From NCBI GenBank assembly GCA_009845855.1, contig VXYT01000112.1:8472-72471 (forward strand): a stretch of 64,000 nt of DNA, given 5' to 3'. How positions within the stretch are numbered: the first letter of the stretch is position 1; each line of letters begins with the position of its first letter. The notes below the pieces were generated by a model. The model was given only the letters and a program-made list of their open reading frames with translations, searched no databases and was not told the DNA's origin. Shown piece after piece: positions 1 to 8,999 of this stretch. The translations under genes and the position numbers were made by a program. The stretch is from Candidatus Palauibacter ramosifaciens. GTDB taxonomy: Bacteria; Gemmatimonadota; Gemmatimonadetes; Palauibacterales; Palauibacteraceae.

Positions 1-602
1 GCCGCTCCGGCCCCGTCGCCGAAGAGCACGGCCGTCCGCACGTCCGTGTAGTCCACGAGCCGCGTGAGGGCATCGCCCGAGACCACCAGGACCCGCTCCG
101 CCATGCCGCTGACGATCGCCGACCAGGCCGCCCCCACCCCGTACACAAAGCCGGCGCAGGCCGCGTTGATCGAGAATCCCCCCAACCGCGGATTCCCGAT
201 CTTCGTCGCCACGGTACAGGCACTGTTTGGAACCTCGTCGGACGGCGACACGGTCGCGACATAGAGCTGGTCGATTTCGTCCGGCTCGCGGCCGGCCGCC
301 TCGAGCGCGGCGAGCCCCGCCCGGGCGCACATGTCCTCGGTCGTCAGGTCGCTGCCCGGCGGGATTCGCCGGCGCGACCGGATGCCGGTCACCTGGTACG
401 CCCACCGATCGAAGACGTCGGGGGCCGACAGCCCGTTGACCCCCTCGACACCCCTGAGCGCGGATCGCGCCTGCCCGATGTCGAACGATTCGCGCAGCGT
501 ACCCATGCCGAGAAGCTGGAAGTTGTCGATGCTGTCAGGCGGCAGGTAGCTGCCGGTACCCGTGACCGCCGCGGTCACTCTGGCTGCCAAGGCCGTCTCC
601 AT
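1..602 (-). CDS. fabH: 3-oxoacyl-ACP synthase III (FabH/KAS III), 3'-truncated by window edge
   Basis: Reverse-strand ATG at 602. It translates to METALAARVTAAVTGTGSYLPPDSIDNFQLLGMGTLRESFDIGQ...LYVATVSPSDEVPNSACTVATKIGNPRLGGFSINAACAGFVYGV...VLFGDGAGA. The TGTGSYLP N-terminus and the AACAGF active-site Cys motif are typical of FabH. It is absent from the ORF track because no stop codon lies inside the window. Confidence 0.85.
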   Translation of the reverse strand, partial: METALAARVTAAVTGTGSYLPPDSIDNFQLLGMGTLRESFDIGQARSALRGVEGVNGLSAPDVFDRWAYQVTGIRSRRRIPPGSDLTTEDMCARAGLAALEAAGREPDEIDQLYVATVSPSDEVPNSACTVATKIGNPRLGGFSINAACAGFVYGVGAAWSAIVSGMAERVLVVSGDALTRLVDYTDVRTAVLFGDGAGA

Positions 603-711
603 CGTCCGTGGGCAATATCCGTGGGCCAGCAGCCCACGCAGGGTCTTGCCAAGGGCTGCTGGGCGTCCCGCCGGAAAGTCCGAGAGTATACGGCGGCGAC
701 CGGGATGGTTG

Positions 712-1440
712 CTAGCCTGCGGCCGCCTGGATGGCTGGAGGAGGTGAGTGGGCGAGCAGGAACTGCGCCGCGGCTGAGCGGGCCGCCTCCGCCAGCGTTC
801 GCGTCGGGCACGGCCGGGTCGGCATCACGCGGGCGCACTCCCGTACGCTCGCCTGCGACCAGCAGGAGTCGGGCTGGCCGTCGCCGCACTCCCGAATGAG
901 CAGCTTCACGCTGGCGGGCAGTCGGAGCACCGCCTCGCTGTCGAACTCCTCGGCCACCGCGTAACGCACGAGATCTTCGGCCAGGCGCAGTTCCACGCCG
1001 GCATCCAGCAACTCCTCGAGGGAGACGATCAAGAGAGCAAAATCGGCGCGGTCACGTCCCAACCGCACCAGAAGCTCCCGCCCCACGCCGCGGCGAAGGG
1101 CATCGGCGGCCTTCTCGAGCGCGACAGGCATCGCCCCCGGACCGACGACGGACGCCGCATCCCGCAACTCCGCGGCGAACGTGTCGACGGCGGCGAGGAC
1201 GACTTCCGGCGACATCCCCTTCGCCACGCCCTCCATGGCCTTGTCGATGAGCAGACCCCGGGGTAGACCATCCTGCACACCGGCCTCGATGACCGAAAGC
1301 GTGCGCGCCGCGTAGACCGCGCCCAGATGACGGCTGAAGCGCGCCCGCGCGTCCTGGCCCGCAAGCGGTGGCCCGAGCGCGAGGAGCACGGCGGCGAGGA
1401 GCACGACCGCGGGAGACGGGCGCAGCAGCGCTTTTGCCAC
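712..1440 (-). CDS. hypothetical secreted protein (signal peptide MAKALLRPSPAVVLLAAVLLALG), last gene of an ECF sigma/anti-sigma operon
   Basis: A 242 aa ORF that starts 10 bp downstream of the anti-sigma gene on the same strand. It has a clear N-terminal signal peptide. I recognise no family. Confidence 0.5.
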   Translation of the reverse strand: MAKALLRPSPAVVLLAAVLLALGPPLAGQDARARFSRHLGAVYAARTLSVIEAGVQDGLPRGLLIDKAMEGVAKGMSPEVVLAAVDTFAAELRDAASVVGPGAMPVALEKAADALRRGVGRELLVRLGRDRADFALLIVSLEELLDAGVELRLAEDLVRYAVAEEFDSEAVLRLPASVKLLIRECGDGQPDSCWSQASVRECARVMPTRPCPTRTLAEAARSAAAQFLLAHSPPPAIQAAAG

Positions 1441-1450
1441 AGGCTGCTGC

Positions 1451-2092
1451 CTAGGGGGCCAACGAGCGCGCGCCTGCGCCGCCCGTGATCGCGATCACGG
1501 CATTCTGGTTGCCGTAACCGTCCTCCACATACCGTTCCGCATGCGGATCCGTGATCCAGGTCTCGCCGTCCACGAGGAACATGTACTTGTGCACGCCGGG
1601 CGGGAGCTTCACCCGTCCGGTCCACACGCCGGTCCCGTACGGATCGGCCAGCGCGACCTCCGGCTGCCAGTCGTTGAAGTCGCCCGCCACGTGGACCGAC
1701 GCCGCGCCGGGTGCCTCGAGACGGAACTGCACGTAGTGGACTTCTTCGCCTACGAGCGCCGTCGCCGCCCCGGCCGGCTCGGAGACCACGTTCTCCCGCG
1801 GCAAGAGGAAGAAGACCCCTACGACCGCCGCCGCCGCGAGTCCCAGCCACGGCCGGATACGCACAGAGCGGGGATGCACCCACCAGTCCACGAGACCGGA
1901 CAAGGGCCGGCGCCTCTCCTGGCGAACCTCGGCCATGACCCGCGATTCGAGTCCGACCGGAGCTCCCTGCACCCCCGAATCCCGCACGTCCGAAAGGAGG
2001 GCATCCCACCGTTCGGACTCCCTGCGAAGCTCCCGCGAGAGTTCCGAATGGTCGATTTCTCCGTCGAGGTACAGCTTCAGATCGTCGTTCAT
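1451..2092 (-). CDS. anti-sigma factor with a single TM helix and a C-terminal CBM48/AMPK-beta glycogen-binding-like domain
   Basis: Its start overlaps the stop of the upstream ECF sigma by 4 nt (ATGA). TM segment: LGLAAAAVVGVFFLL. C-terminal motif: HVAGDFNDWQ...LPPGVHKYMFLVDGETWITDPHAE (AMPK1_CBM/CBM48-like). Confidence 0.7.
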   Translation of the reverse strand: MNDDLKLYLDGEIDHSELSRELRRESERWDALLSDVRDSGVQGAPVGLESRVMAEVRQERRRPLSGLVDWWVHPRSVRIRPWLGLAAAAVVGVFFLLPRENVVSEPAGAATALVGEEVHYVQFRLEAPGAASVHVAGDFNDWQPEVALADPYGTGVWTGRVKLPPGVHKYMFLVDGETWITDPHAERYVEDGYGNQNAVIAITGGAGARSLAP

Positions 2093-2661
2093 CGGTAGTT
2101 TTCTAACAGCACCTGTAACTGATCCCGAGCCCGATGGACGCGCATCTTCAACGCGGACACCGAAGCTCCAAGTCTCTCCGCCATCTCTTCGTAAGACCAG
2201 CCCTCGACATGCTTGAGGACGAAGGCTTCACGTTGCTCGTCGCTCAACGACTGCAGGGCCCGGTATATCTGCTCCCGTATCTCCGCTCGCTCGGCACGGG
2301 CTTCGGGAAGACCTCTCGTCGCCGCGAGGGGGCCGGCCGCCTCCAGCGACACCTCCCGCCGTGCCCGCCCCTTCAACTGATCCTTGCACAGGTTGACGGC
2401 GATCCGAAACAACCAGCCTCCCACCCGTTCCCGGTCACGGCAGCGGTCGAGGCTCCGAAAACCGCGGATGAACGTGCGCTGCACGATATCCGCTGCGTCG
2501 TCCGCGCGCCCGGTCATGCGCTCCGCGTAGCGGTACAGCACATCCTTGTACCGGCGCACGAGAACCCCGTACGCCTCGCGATCGCCCTCCAGTACGGCGG
2601 TCACGGCATCCGCGTCGCTCGGTTCATCGTCCGGAACCCGACCTTCCGGCCCGATCCGCAA
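2089..2661 (-). CDS. ECF RNA polymerase sigma factor (sigma-70 family, group IV)
   Basis: 190 aa. The region-2 and region-4 patterns are those of ECF sigma factors: AYGVLVRRYKDVLYRYA...IVQRTFIRGFRSL and SYEEMAERLGASVSALKMRVHRAR. Confidence 0.9.
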   Translation of the reverse strand: MRIGPEGRVPDDEPSDADAVTAVLEGDREAYGVLVRRYKDVLYRYAERMTGRADDAADIVQRTFIRGFRSLDRCRDRERVGGWLFRIAVNLCKDQLKGRARREVSLEAAGPLAATRGLPEARAERAEIREQIYRALQSLSDEQREAFVLKHVEGWSYEEMAERLGASVSALKMRVHRARDQLQVLLENYR

Positions 2662-2766
2662 GATCTTCTCTTCGTGAATAAGACGACCTCTACGGCTTTG
2701 CGGTCACTAGCGAAGTCCGGCGATTCCAACTTAGCGGAACCGCGATCCCCCAACTACCTTGAGCGC

Positions 2767-3882
2767 GTGAACGCCGGGAACGCTGTCCGAGACGCGCCGG
2801 ACCTGTTCGGTCTCCGCACTCCGGCGCTCGTCCTCGATCTCGATGTCCTGGAGAACAACCTCCGGGTCATGCAGGCACGCACGGACGCGCTCGGCGTTCG
2901 GCTTCGCCCCCACGTGAAGACGCACAAGTGCATCGAGATCGCCGAACTCCAGCGATCGCTCGGGGCGTCGGGCATCGCCGTTTCCACGCTCGCGGAGGCC
3001 CGGATCTTCGCCGAGGCGGGTTTCGATGACATCCTGTGGGCCTTTCCGCTCAATCTCTCCCGGATCGGTGAGGCGGCCGCGCTCTCCCGGCGCGTCAGAC
3101 TGGGCGTGACCGTGGACTCGCTCACCGCCGTCGAGGCCCTTGAGGCCGCGGACACCCCGTTCTCGGTATGGCTCGAAATCGACTGTGGCTACGGACGCTC
3201 CGGCGTCCCCTGCGACAGCGGCCGCGTCGTCGAGATCGCACGGCGGATCTCACGCGCGGGCCGGCTCGCGCTCGGCGGCTGCCTGACGCACGCGGGCCAC
3301 ACCTACGGCGCGGACTCGCCCGCCGCCGTCGCCGCGCTGGCGGAGGAGGAGCGACGGGCAATGGTCGAAGCAGGGGGCGCGCTCCGGGCGGCGGGACTCG
3401 AGCCGGGGGTGCTCTCGCTCGGTTCGACCCCGGGAATGAGCCGGGTCGAGACGCTGGACGGGATCGACGAGGCCCGGCCGGGGAACTATGCGCTCTACGA
3501 CTACACGCAGACGCGGCTGGGATCGTGCGCGGTGAGCGACTGCGCGGTCACGGTGCTCGCGACGGTCGTGTCCGCCCGCGACGGGTCCGGCGGGGCGATC
3601 GCGGACTGTGGCGCGCTCGCCCTGTCAAAGGATGTGGGGCCGGACGATCCGCCTCACTACGGCCGCCTCTTCCGCAACGCGGCCGGAGGGGCGCTGAGCG
3701 ATGATCGCGTGACCTCGGTGAGCCAGGAACACGGGCGGCTGTCCGGGCGGTTCGATGTCGGCGAGAAGGTCCGCGTCCTTCCGAATCACGCCTGCCTCAC
3801 GGTCGCGCACTTCGATCGTTTCGAGGTCGTGCGGGGGCAAAGCGTGGTCGACCGCTGGAAGATCCGGCGCACGCGCGACTGA
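2767..3882 (+). CDS. D-serine deaminase-like / alanine racemase N-terminal domain protein (DSD1 / D-threonine aldolase family, PLP-dependent)
   Basis: The PLP-lysine motif RPHVKTHKC is present, followed by a TIM-barrel-like stretch and a C-terminal beta domain. The 5' 630 nt of the 2134..3882 ORF is antisense to the sigma gene, so the true start is internal. I propose GTG at 2767; the first in-frame ATG is at 2869. Confidence 0.75.
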   Translation: MNAGNAVRDAPDLFGLRTPALVLDLDVLENNLRVMQARTDALGVRLRPHVKTHKCIEIAELQRSLGASGIAVSTLAEARIFAEAGFDDILWAFPLNLSRIGEAAALSRRVRLGVTVDSLTAVEALEAADTPFSVWLEIDCGYGRSGVPCDSGRVVEIARRISRAGRLALGGCLTHAGHTYGADSPAAVAALAEEERRAMVEAGGALRAAGLEPGVLSLGSTPGMSRVETLDGIDEARPGNYALYDYTQTRLGSCAVSDCAVTVLATVVSARDGSGGAIADCGALALSKDVGPDDPPHYGRLFRNAAGGALSDDRVTSVSQEHGRLSGRFDVGEKVRVLPNHACLTVAHFDRFEVVRGQSVVDRWKIRRTRD

Positions 3883-3889
3883 TCCGGCG

Positions 3890-3932
3890 CCTAGCAGCCC
3901 CGCGCCGGCGTTAGCCGTCCGTGGCTGCTAGG
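3890..3932. terminator. inverted repeat between convergent genes (stem CCTAGCAGCC / GGCTGCTAGG, 23-nt loop); putative bidirectional terminator
   Basis: A 10-bp perfect stem at 3890-3899 and 3923-3932, located between the DSD1-like stop (3882) and the xdhC stop (3928). Confidence 0.4.
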
Positions 3933-4998
3933 GAGCGCGGTCGAGGGCGATGAGTTGCGCGAGGATGGAGACGGCGATCTGCGCGGGCGAGCGGGCACCG
4001 ATCCGCAACCCCACCGGCCCGTGGATGCGGTCGCACGCCGCCTCGTCCAGCCCCCGCGCGTGGAGCGCCTCTCGGCGTTGCCGCTGCGTCCGGCGCCCGC
4101 CGAGGAGACCGACGTAGCCGCAACGGGAGGCGAGCGCGGTCTCGAGGGCGGGCTCGTCCAGCTTCTCATCGTGCGTGAGGATGACGACGCTCGTGCGAGG
4201 GTCGAGATCGAGGGCGGCCATCGCCTCGTCCGGCCAGCGGGAGTCGAGCGACGCGGCGTCCGGGAACCTGTCCGGCCGCAGGAAGGCCTCCCGCGGATCC
4301 ACGACGACGACCTCGAAGCCGGTCCGGTGCGCCATGGCGCACAACGCATGCCCGATCGGCGTCGCCCCCACGATGACGAGCCGCGGGGGCGGGGCGAAGG
4401 ACTCGACGAAGACGAGGCTGTCCGGATCGTCCCGCACGAGTTCGACGGCGCGGGCGTCCGACCGGCCGAGCCAGTCGTCGACGCGGGAGCGGGCCGCCCG
4501 GTCGAGCTCGGCGGACCCGAGCGTTCCGAGCGACCGGTCCGGTTCGAGGAGGAGTTGCCGCGAGCGCGTGGGCGGCGCCGCGCCGGTGAGGAGCACGCCC
4601 GGGGCGCCGGCCTCCTGGAGCTGCCAGAGGCGATGCCAGACGGGGTCGCCGGGGTCGTAGCGGTCGAGGAGGACATCGATCTCCCCGCCGCAGGAGAGGC
4701 CCACGCCCGCGGCCATCTCGTCGGTGATCCCGTACGTGACGGAGGCCGGCGCGCCGCCGCCCAGCAGCGCGGAGAGCCGTTCGTGCAGGTCGCCCTCCAC
4801 GCACCCGCTCGAGATCGAGCCGCTCAGCTCCCCGGCGGCCGAGATCGCGAACCGCGCGCCCGGTGGCAGCGGAGCCGAACGGCGCACGGCGATGAGCGTC
4901 GCCATGGCGATCGGATCGCCCCGCTCCGCCCAGCGCGCGATGTCCCCGCGCACGGCCCGCAGGCTCATGCCGGCCGACCCGGACCCGCGTAGCGCCAC
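3928..4998 (-). CDS. xdhC: XdhC/CoxI family molybdenum-cofactor insertion accessory protein
   Basis: It contains both XdhC domains. The N-terminal region reads IAMATLIAVRRSAPLPPGARFAISAAGELSGSISSGCVEGD and the Rossmann-like C-terminal region reads RLVIVGATPIGHALCAMAHRTGFEVVVVDPRE. Confidence 0.85.
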   Translation of the reverse strand: MALRGSGSAGMSLRAVRGDIARWAERGDPIAMATLIAVRRSAPLPPGARFAISAAGELSGSISSGCVEGDLHERLSALLGGGAPASVTYGITDEMAAGVGLSCGGEIDVLLDRYDPGDPVWHRLWQLQEAGAPGVLLTGAAPPTRSRQLLLEPDRSLGTLGSAELDRAARSRVDDWLGRSDARAVELVRDDPDSLVFVESFAPPPRLVIVGATPIGHALCAMAHRTGFEVVVVDPREAFLRPDRFPDAASLDSRWPDEAMAALDLDPRTSVVILTHDEKLDEPALETALASRCGYVGLLGGRRTQRQRREALHARGLDEAACDRIHGPVGLRIGARSPAQIAVSILAQLIALDRAP

Positions 4999-5004
4999 AC
5001 GGGG

Positions 5005-5988
5005 CTAATCGCCGCTGCGGGCTTCGCGCACCGCCTCGGTGAGCGCGGGCAGCACCTCGAACACGTCGCCCACGAGGCCGTAGTCCGCCACCCCGAAGAT
5101 CGGTGCATCCGCGTCGCGGTTGATCGCCACGATGACCTTCGCCGTGCGCATCCCGGCCAGGTGCTGGATCGCTCCGCTGATCCCGACCGCGAAGTACAGG
5201 TTGGGCGACACGGTCTTGCCGGTCTGGCCCACCTGCTCGCCGTGCGGCCGCCAGCCCGCATCCACCACCGCCCGGCTCGCGCCGAGCGCCGCCTCGTCGC
5301 CCAGCGCTTCGACGAGCGCCTCCAGCAGCGGCCAGTGCTCCGGCCCCTGCATTCCGCGGCCGCCGGAGACGATCGTCGTCGCCTCGCTCACGTCGAGGCG
5401 GTCGCGATCCCCCTGCTCAAGGGCGGCCGTCCGCACCCGGCCCTCCAGCCCATCGAGATCCAGATTCGAGATCTCCCCCGCCGCCCCCTCCCCGGCCGGC
5501 GCGAAGACGTTCGCCCGAATCGTCATCACGGCCGGGCCCGGGGTGAAACGCAGGGTCGCGATCGCCTTTCCGGCGTACATGGGCCGGCGCACGACGATGG
5601 CGCCGTCCTCGCGCCGGCACTCGATGACTTCCGAGGCCACGCTCCGCCCGAGCCGCGCCCCGACGCGAGGGGCGATGTCCCTCCCCTGTGCGGTAGCCGC
5701 GAAGATCACCGCGTCGTAGTCTCCCGCCTCGACGAGCCGGGCGATGGCGGCCGCGGCGATGTCCGGCTGGCACAGCGTGAGAACCTCCGACTCGCCCACG
5801 TAGGTGTGGTCGGCACCGAAGCCGGCGAGTGCTGCCGCCGCCTCGGCCGTGCCGGGAGGACCGAGCGCCACGACGTGGGTCTCGCCTCCGGCATCGGCGG
5901 CGATCCGCCGCGCGAGCCCGACCGCCTCCCTGGAGGCCCGGCTCACCGCCCCCTCCCGGATCTCGGCGTACGCCAGCGCGCCGGGCAT
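5005..5988 (-). CDS. etfA: electron transfer flavoprotein alpha subunit
   Basis: Carries the FAD-binding C-terminal signature [22 protein letters not shown]. It overlaps the etfB stop by 1 nt. Confidence 0.9.
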   Translation of the reverse strand: MPGALAYAEIREGAVSRASREAVGLARRIAADAGGETHVVALGPPGTAEAAAALAGFGADHTYVGESEVLTLCQPDIAAAAIARLVEAGDYDAVIFAATAQGRDIAPRVGARLGRSVASEVIECRREDGAIVVRRPMYAGKAIATLRFTPGPAVMTIRANVFAPAGEGAAGEISNLDLDGLEGRVRTAALEQGDRDRLDVSEATTIVSGGRGMQGPEHWPLLEALVEALGDEAALGASRAVVDAGWRPHGEQVGQTGKTVSPNLYFAVGISGAIQHLAGMRTAKVIVAINRDADAPIFGVADYGLVGDVFEVLPALTEAVREARSGD

Positions 5989-6737
5989 CAGAGCACCCCC
6001 GCTTCGTCGCGCAGCGCCCGCACCAGTTCCGGCACCGCGTCCACGCCCTCTCCGACGATCCGGCCCGCGGCCGGCGCCGGCGGTTCGTCGAGGCGGAGGA
6101 ATTCGATGGTCGGCGCGTCGAGCGTCACGTCCCGCTGCTCGAGCGGCTTCCGCTTCGCCGCCATGATCCCCTTGAGGCTCGGATACCGCGGCTCGTTGAG
6201 CCCCTTCTGCGTCGACACGACGGCGGGCAGCGGGAACTCGACCACCTCGTGACCGCCCTCGACCTCGCGGCGGGCCGTCGCTTCCCTTCCCGCGATCTCG
6301 AGGCCGACGACGACGGTCGCGCAGGGGAGGCCCAGAAACTCGGCCACCATCTGCGGGACCTGCATGTTGTCGTCGTCGATCGCCTGCTTCCCGAACAGCA
6401 CGAGGTCGACCTCCCGACCCCGAATCTCGTTGGCCAGCGCGCGCGCTACGGAGAGCGCGTCGTGCGAACCCGCGCAGGCGAGGAGGACGCCCTCATCCGC
6501 CCCCATCGCAAGCGCCTGGCGGATCGATTCGGCGGTCTCGGGGGGGCCGAGCGCGACGACCGTCACCTTCCCCTCCCCCGCCTCTTCCCTGCGGCGGATC
6601 GCATCCTCGAGCGCGAACTCGTCGTACGGGTTCACGACGTACTTGACGCCGGCCGGGTCCAGTCCCGCGCCGTCGGGCGTCACTCTCACCCGCGTGGCCG
6701 AGTCCGGCACGCGTTTCATGCAGACTATGGTATTCAT
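5988..6737 (-). CDS. etfB: electron transfer flavoprotein beta subunit
   Basis: Only the 3' 750 nt of the long 5988..7586 ORF is EtfB-like: MNTIVCMKRVPDSATRV...VKYVVNPYDEFALE. The ATG is at 6737. Confidence 0.9.
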   Translation of the reverse strand: MNTIVCMKRVPDSATRVRVTPDGAGLDPAGVKYVVNPYDEFALEDAIRRREEAGEGKVTVVALGPPETAESIRQALAMGADEGVLLACAGSHDALSVARALANEIRGREVDLVLFGKQAIDDDNMQVPQMVAEFLGLPCATVVVGLEIAGREATARREVEGGHEVVEFPLPAVVSTQKGLNEPRYPSLKGIMAAKRKPLEQRDVTLDAPTIEFLRLDEPPAPAAGRIVGEGVDAVPELVRALRDEAGVL

Positions 6738-6760
6738 CCGTCTTGTTCTTCTGAATGGAG

Positions 6761-7345
6761 TCAGGCGTTCTGGTAGGTCTCGATCTCGTCGGAAGTCAGC
6801 GCGCACACGCGAAACGCGATAAGGTCGATGAGGGAGTCCGTGACGTTCTTCTGGCGGAGGTTCCGCGCCCGCGCGTCCTCCGCGGAGGGTCGCGCCTCGC
6901 GCAGGGTCACGAGCCGGGCGGCCAGCCAGTCCAGGAAATCGTGTACGACGTCGCGGTGTTCGCGGTCGCGGTCCGGCTCGCCGTTGGGAGCCTTCGGGAG
7001 GAACGCATCGATGAGCGCGAGCAGCCCGGGGAAGATCATCTCCGTGAGTTCCTCGTCGCCGATGAGTTCCTCTTCGGTGATCTCCTCCCAGCTCATCTCG
7101 TTCCAGTACAACTCGCACGCCTCCTCGAACAGGTGGCGCCGCACTTCGGGAGACGCCTTCCTGAGGACGATGTCGCCGGGCGAGAGCCTGCGCCCCGCGA
7201 CCTTCTGCATGCCGCGAATGCGTTCCTGGATGAGGGTTCGGCCGGCCAGAGAGTGGGCTCGGTCGGGCGTTTCGGCGGCGGCGGGCCGGGGTTGCGTTTC
7301 GTTGTTCACGGAGCCGAAGATGCGACGGCCACGGTGAAGGAACAA
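6761..7345 (-). CDS. hypothetical protein upstream of etfBA (start uncertain; an internal ATG at 7210 is equally plausible)
   Basis: Acidic, Trp-containing composition looks protein-like: ...FEEACELYWNEMSWEEITEEELIGDEELTEMIFPGLLALIDAF.... It lies on the same strand 24 bp before etfB. I do not recognise the family. Confidence 0.4.
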   Translation of the reverse strand: MFLHRGRRIFGSVNNETQPRPAAAETPDRAHSLAGRTLIQERIRGMQKVAGRRLSPGDIVLRKASPEVRRHLFEEACELYWNEMSWEEITEEELIGDEELTEMIFPGLLALIDAFLPKAPNGEPDRDREHRDVVHDFLDWLAARLVTLREARPSAEDARARNLRQKNVTDSLIDLIAFRVCALTSDEIETYQNA

Positions 7346-7410
7346 GCGCCAGGCCGAACGCCGACGGGAGCCGGTGCAACGGCCGGCTTCGAGGGCGTGT
7401 TACCCAAGCG

Positions 7411-8076
7411 ATGGGGACGTCTTTGGCGGAGGAAACGCGAACGCGCAGCGGATCGCAGGGCGACGCGGCCGGTCCCGGTTCCGGACCTGTCGAGCCGCCG
7501 GATCCCGGCGCGGACGAACCCGGCCTCGTGGAAGCCGTGCAGGCCGGCGACTCGCAGGCGTTTTCCCTGTTCGTGACGAGATACACGGACCCGGCCTACG
7601 CCGTGGCGCTGTCGATTCTGCGGCACGAGCAGGACGCGGAAGATGCGGTGCAGGCCGCTTTCATTCGCGCGCTCGAGCGGATCGGGCAGTTGCGGCCGGG
7701 AAGCCGTTTCGGCCCGTGGTTCTATCGCGTGCTGAGGAGCACGTGCCTGAACCTCAGGCGACGCGAGTTGCTGCGGACCCATTCGGAGCTGAAGGACACT
7801 GCGGCGTCGCGGGACGACCCGCACCGGGAGTTCGAGCGGAAGTACGCCCGGCAGCGGGTGCTCGACGCGCTCGCGGAGCTTCCGGAACGACAGAGAACGG
7901 CGGTCATGATGTACGACCTCGAAGGGTACGACCACGCGGAGATCGCGGAGATCCTCGGGATCGCGGTCGGAACTTCCAGGGCCAACCTTCACCACGGCAG
8001 GCACGCGCTGCGCCGCCTGCTCGGCGAAGTGCCGGCGTCCGGCGCCGGAGGAACGGATGAGGATGGAGATGAATAG
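7411..8076 (+). CDS. ECF RNA polymerase sigma factor (second copy in the window)
   Basis: Shows ECF sigma region-2 and region-4 sequence: FSLFVTRYTDPAYAVALSILRHEQDAEDAVQAAFIRA and ...MMYDLEGYDHAEIAEILGIAVGTSRANLHHGRHALRR. Confidence 0.9.
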   Translation: MGTSLAEETRTRSGSQGDAAGPGSGPVEPPDPGADEPGLVEAVQAGDSQAFSLFVTRYTDPAYAVALSILRHEQDAEDAVQAAFIRALERIGQLRPGSRFGPWFYRVLRSTCLNLRRRELLRTHSELKDTAASRDDPHREFERKYARQRVLDALAELPERQRTAVMMYDLEGYDHAEIAEILGIAVGTSRANLHHGRHALRRLLGEVPASGAGGTDEDGDE

Positions 8077-8473
8077 AAGCGATCGGCATCGGCGTAGCGG
8101 GGGCGGGCCGGCGTGGGCGGCGTATCTCGAGCCCCTGCGGCCTGACGAACTCACGCGGCGGCGCCTGCGCCGGAACGTGATGGCGGCGGCGGAAGCGCTG
8201 CTCGAGCGGCGGCCGCTCTCGTGGCTCGACGTGACGGCAAGCTGGTCCGCGGCGCTTGCGCCGCTCGCAGCCGGGCTGCTCGTCGCAGCCGGGGTCCTGC
8301 TGTATCGCATCTCGGTGCCGGACGCGCCCGAGTTCGCCGCCGATCCGGACGTGGCGCCGGTCGGGCTTGTGCGCGCGTTGGCGCCGGACGCCGAAGCCCC
8401 GCCGGAGTTGCTCATCGACCTCGCCGAGCCCAGTCGCGACGCGGTGCTGACCGCCGCCCTCGTTAGTCCCTGA
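8057..8473 (+). CDS. putative membrane-anchored anti-sigma factor
   Basis: It overlaps the sigma gene's 3' end by 20 nt. It has a single TM segment (LAPLAAGLLVAAGVLLY) and a short periplasmic tail. Confidence 0.55.
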   Translation: MRMEMNRSDRHRRSGGGPAWAAYLEPLRPDELTRRRLRRNVMAAAEALLERRPLSWLDVTASWSAALAPLAAGLLVAAGVLLYRISVPDAPEFAADPDVAPVGLVRALAPDAEAPPELLIDLAEPSRDAVLTAALVSP

Positions 8474-8490
8474 AACGCGACACGAATCGG

Positions 8491-8955
8491 GTGCGTATGG
8501 ACACTTCGAGATTCCGGGCGATCCTTCTCCTGACGCTCGTGTTCGCGGCGGGCGCCGCGATCGGCGTAGCAGTGGACCGCCTCGATCTTCTTGCGGACGC
8601 GACCGCGGCCGACCCGCCTGTGGAGACCGTGTCGCCCGAAACGCCGGATCGCGATGGCGGGTCGCGGGGGGGACAGACCACGATCGAGCAGTTCGCCGAT
8701 GAACTGGGTCTGACGGCCGACCAGCGGTCGCAGATCGAGGGTTTCCTCGATCACTACCGCGACGGGATGCGGACGTTGCGCGGGGGCTACCGGACGTTGA
8801 TGGATTCGGTCCGGACCCGGATCGAGTCGGTGCTGACGGAGGAGCAGGGTGAGGATTATCGGGAGTTGCTGCGACAGCGCTACGGGGGCGGGCGGGAGCG
8901 CGGCGGCGAACGGGGATCATCCCAGGGGCGTGACGACGCGCAGCGAAACAACTGA
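8491..8955 (+). CDS. periplasmic LTXXQ-motif protein (CpxP/Spy/ZraP family, stress chaperone/sensor-like)
   Basis: Has a signal peptide/TM (ILLLTLVFAAGAAIGVAV). The LTXXQ motif occurs twice: LGLTADQRSQIEGFLDHYRD and VLTEEQGEDYRELL. Confidence 0.6.
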   Translation: MRMDTSRFRAILLLTLVFAAGAAIGVAVDRLDLLADATAADPPVETVSPETPDRDGGSRGGQTTIEQFADELGLTADQRSQIEGFLDHYRDGMRTLRGGYRTLMDSVRTRIESVLTEEQGEDYRELLRQRYGGGRERGGERGSSQGRDDAQRNN

Positions 8956-8999
8956 CAACCCAGAGACGTCAATCCGCCCCTCGGGGAGCAAGGAAAACG

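Noticed and set aside
1029-2009. 326-aa ORF on the minus strand rich in Arg/Gly/Pro
   Set aside because: It is out of frame with, and overlaps, the well-supported anti-sigma gene. Its composition (RGRGG... runs) is typical of GC-driven spurious ORFs.
2134-2766. 5' 630 nt of the 582-aa plus-strand ORF
   Set aside because: It is antisense to the ECF sigma gene and has no homology. Only the part from ~2767 onward is the DSD1-like enzyme.
3891-4992. Several overlapping ORFs (3891-4676 minus, 3955-4992 plus, 4166-4804 minus)
   Set aside because: These are alternative frames or the antisense strand of the XdhC gene. Their low-complexity R/P/G/S composition marks them as artefacts of 70% GC.
6738-7586. 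N-terminal 280 aa of the 532-aa ORF 5988..7586
   Set aside because: It has no similarity to EtfB and carries an RRRTRF-type repetitive composition. EtfB begins at the internal ATG at 6737. The upstream region is better explained by the separate 6761-7345 ORF in another frame.
7306-8920. Long minus-strand ORFs 7306-8754 and 7904-8920
   Set aside because: They are antisense to the ECF sigma/anti-sigma/LTXXQ genes, which have clear family motifs.
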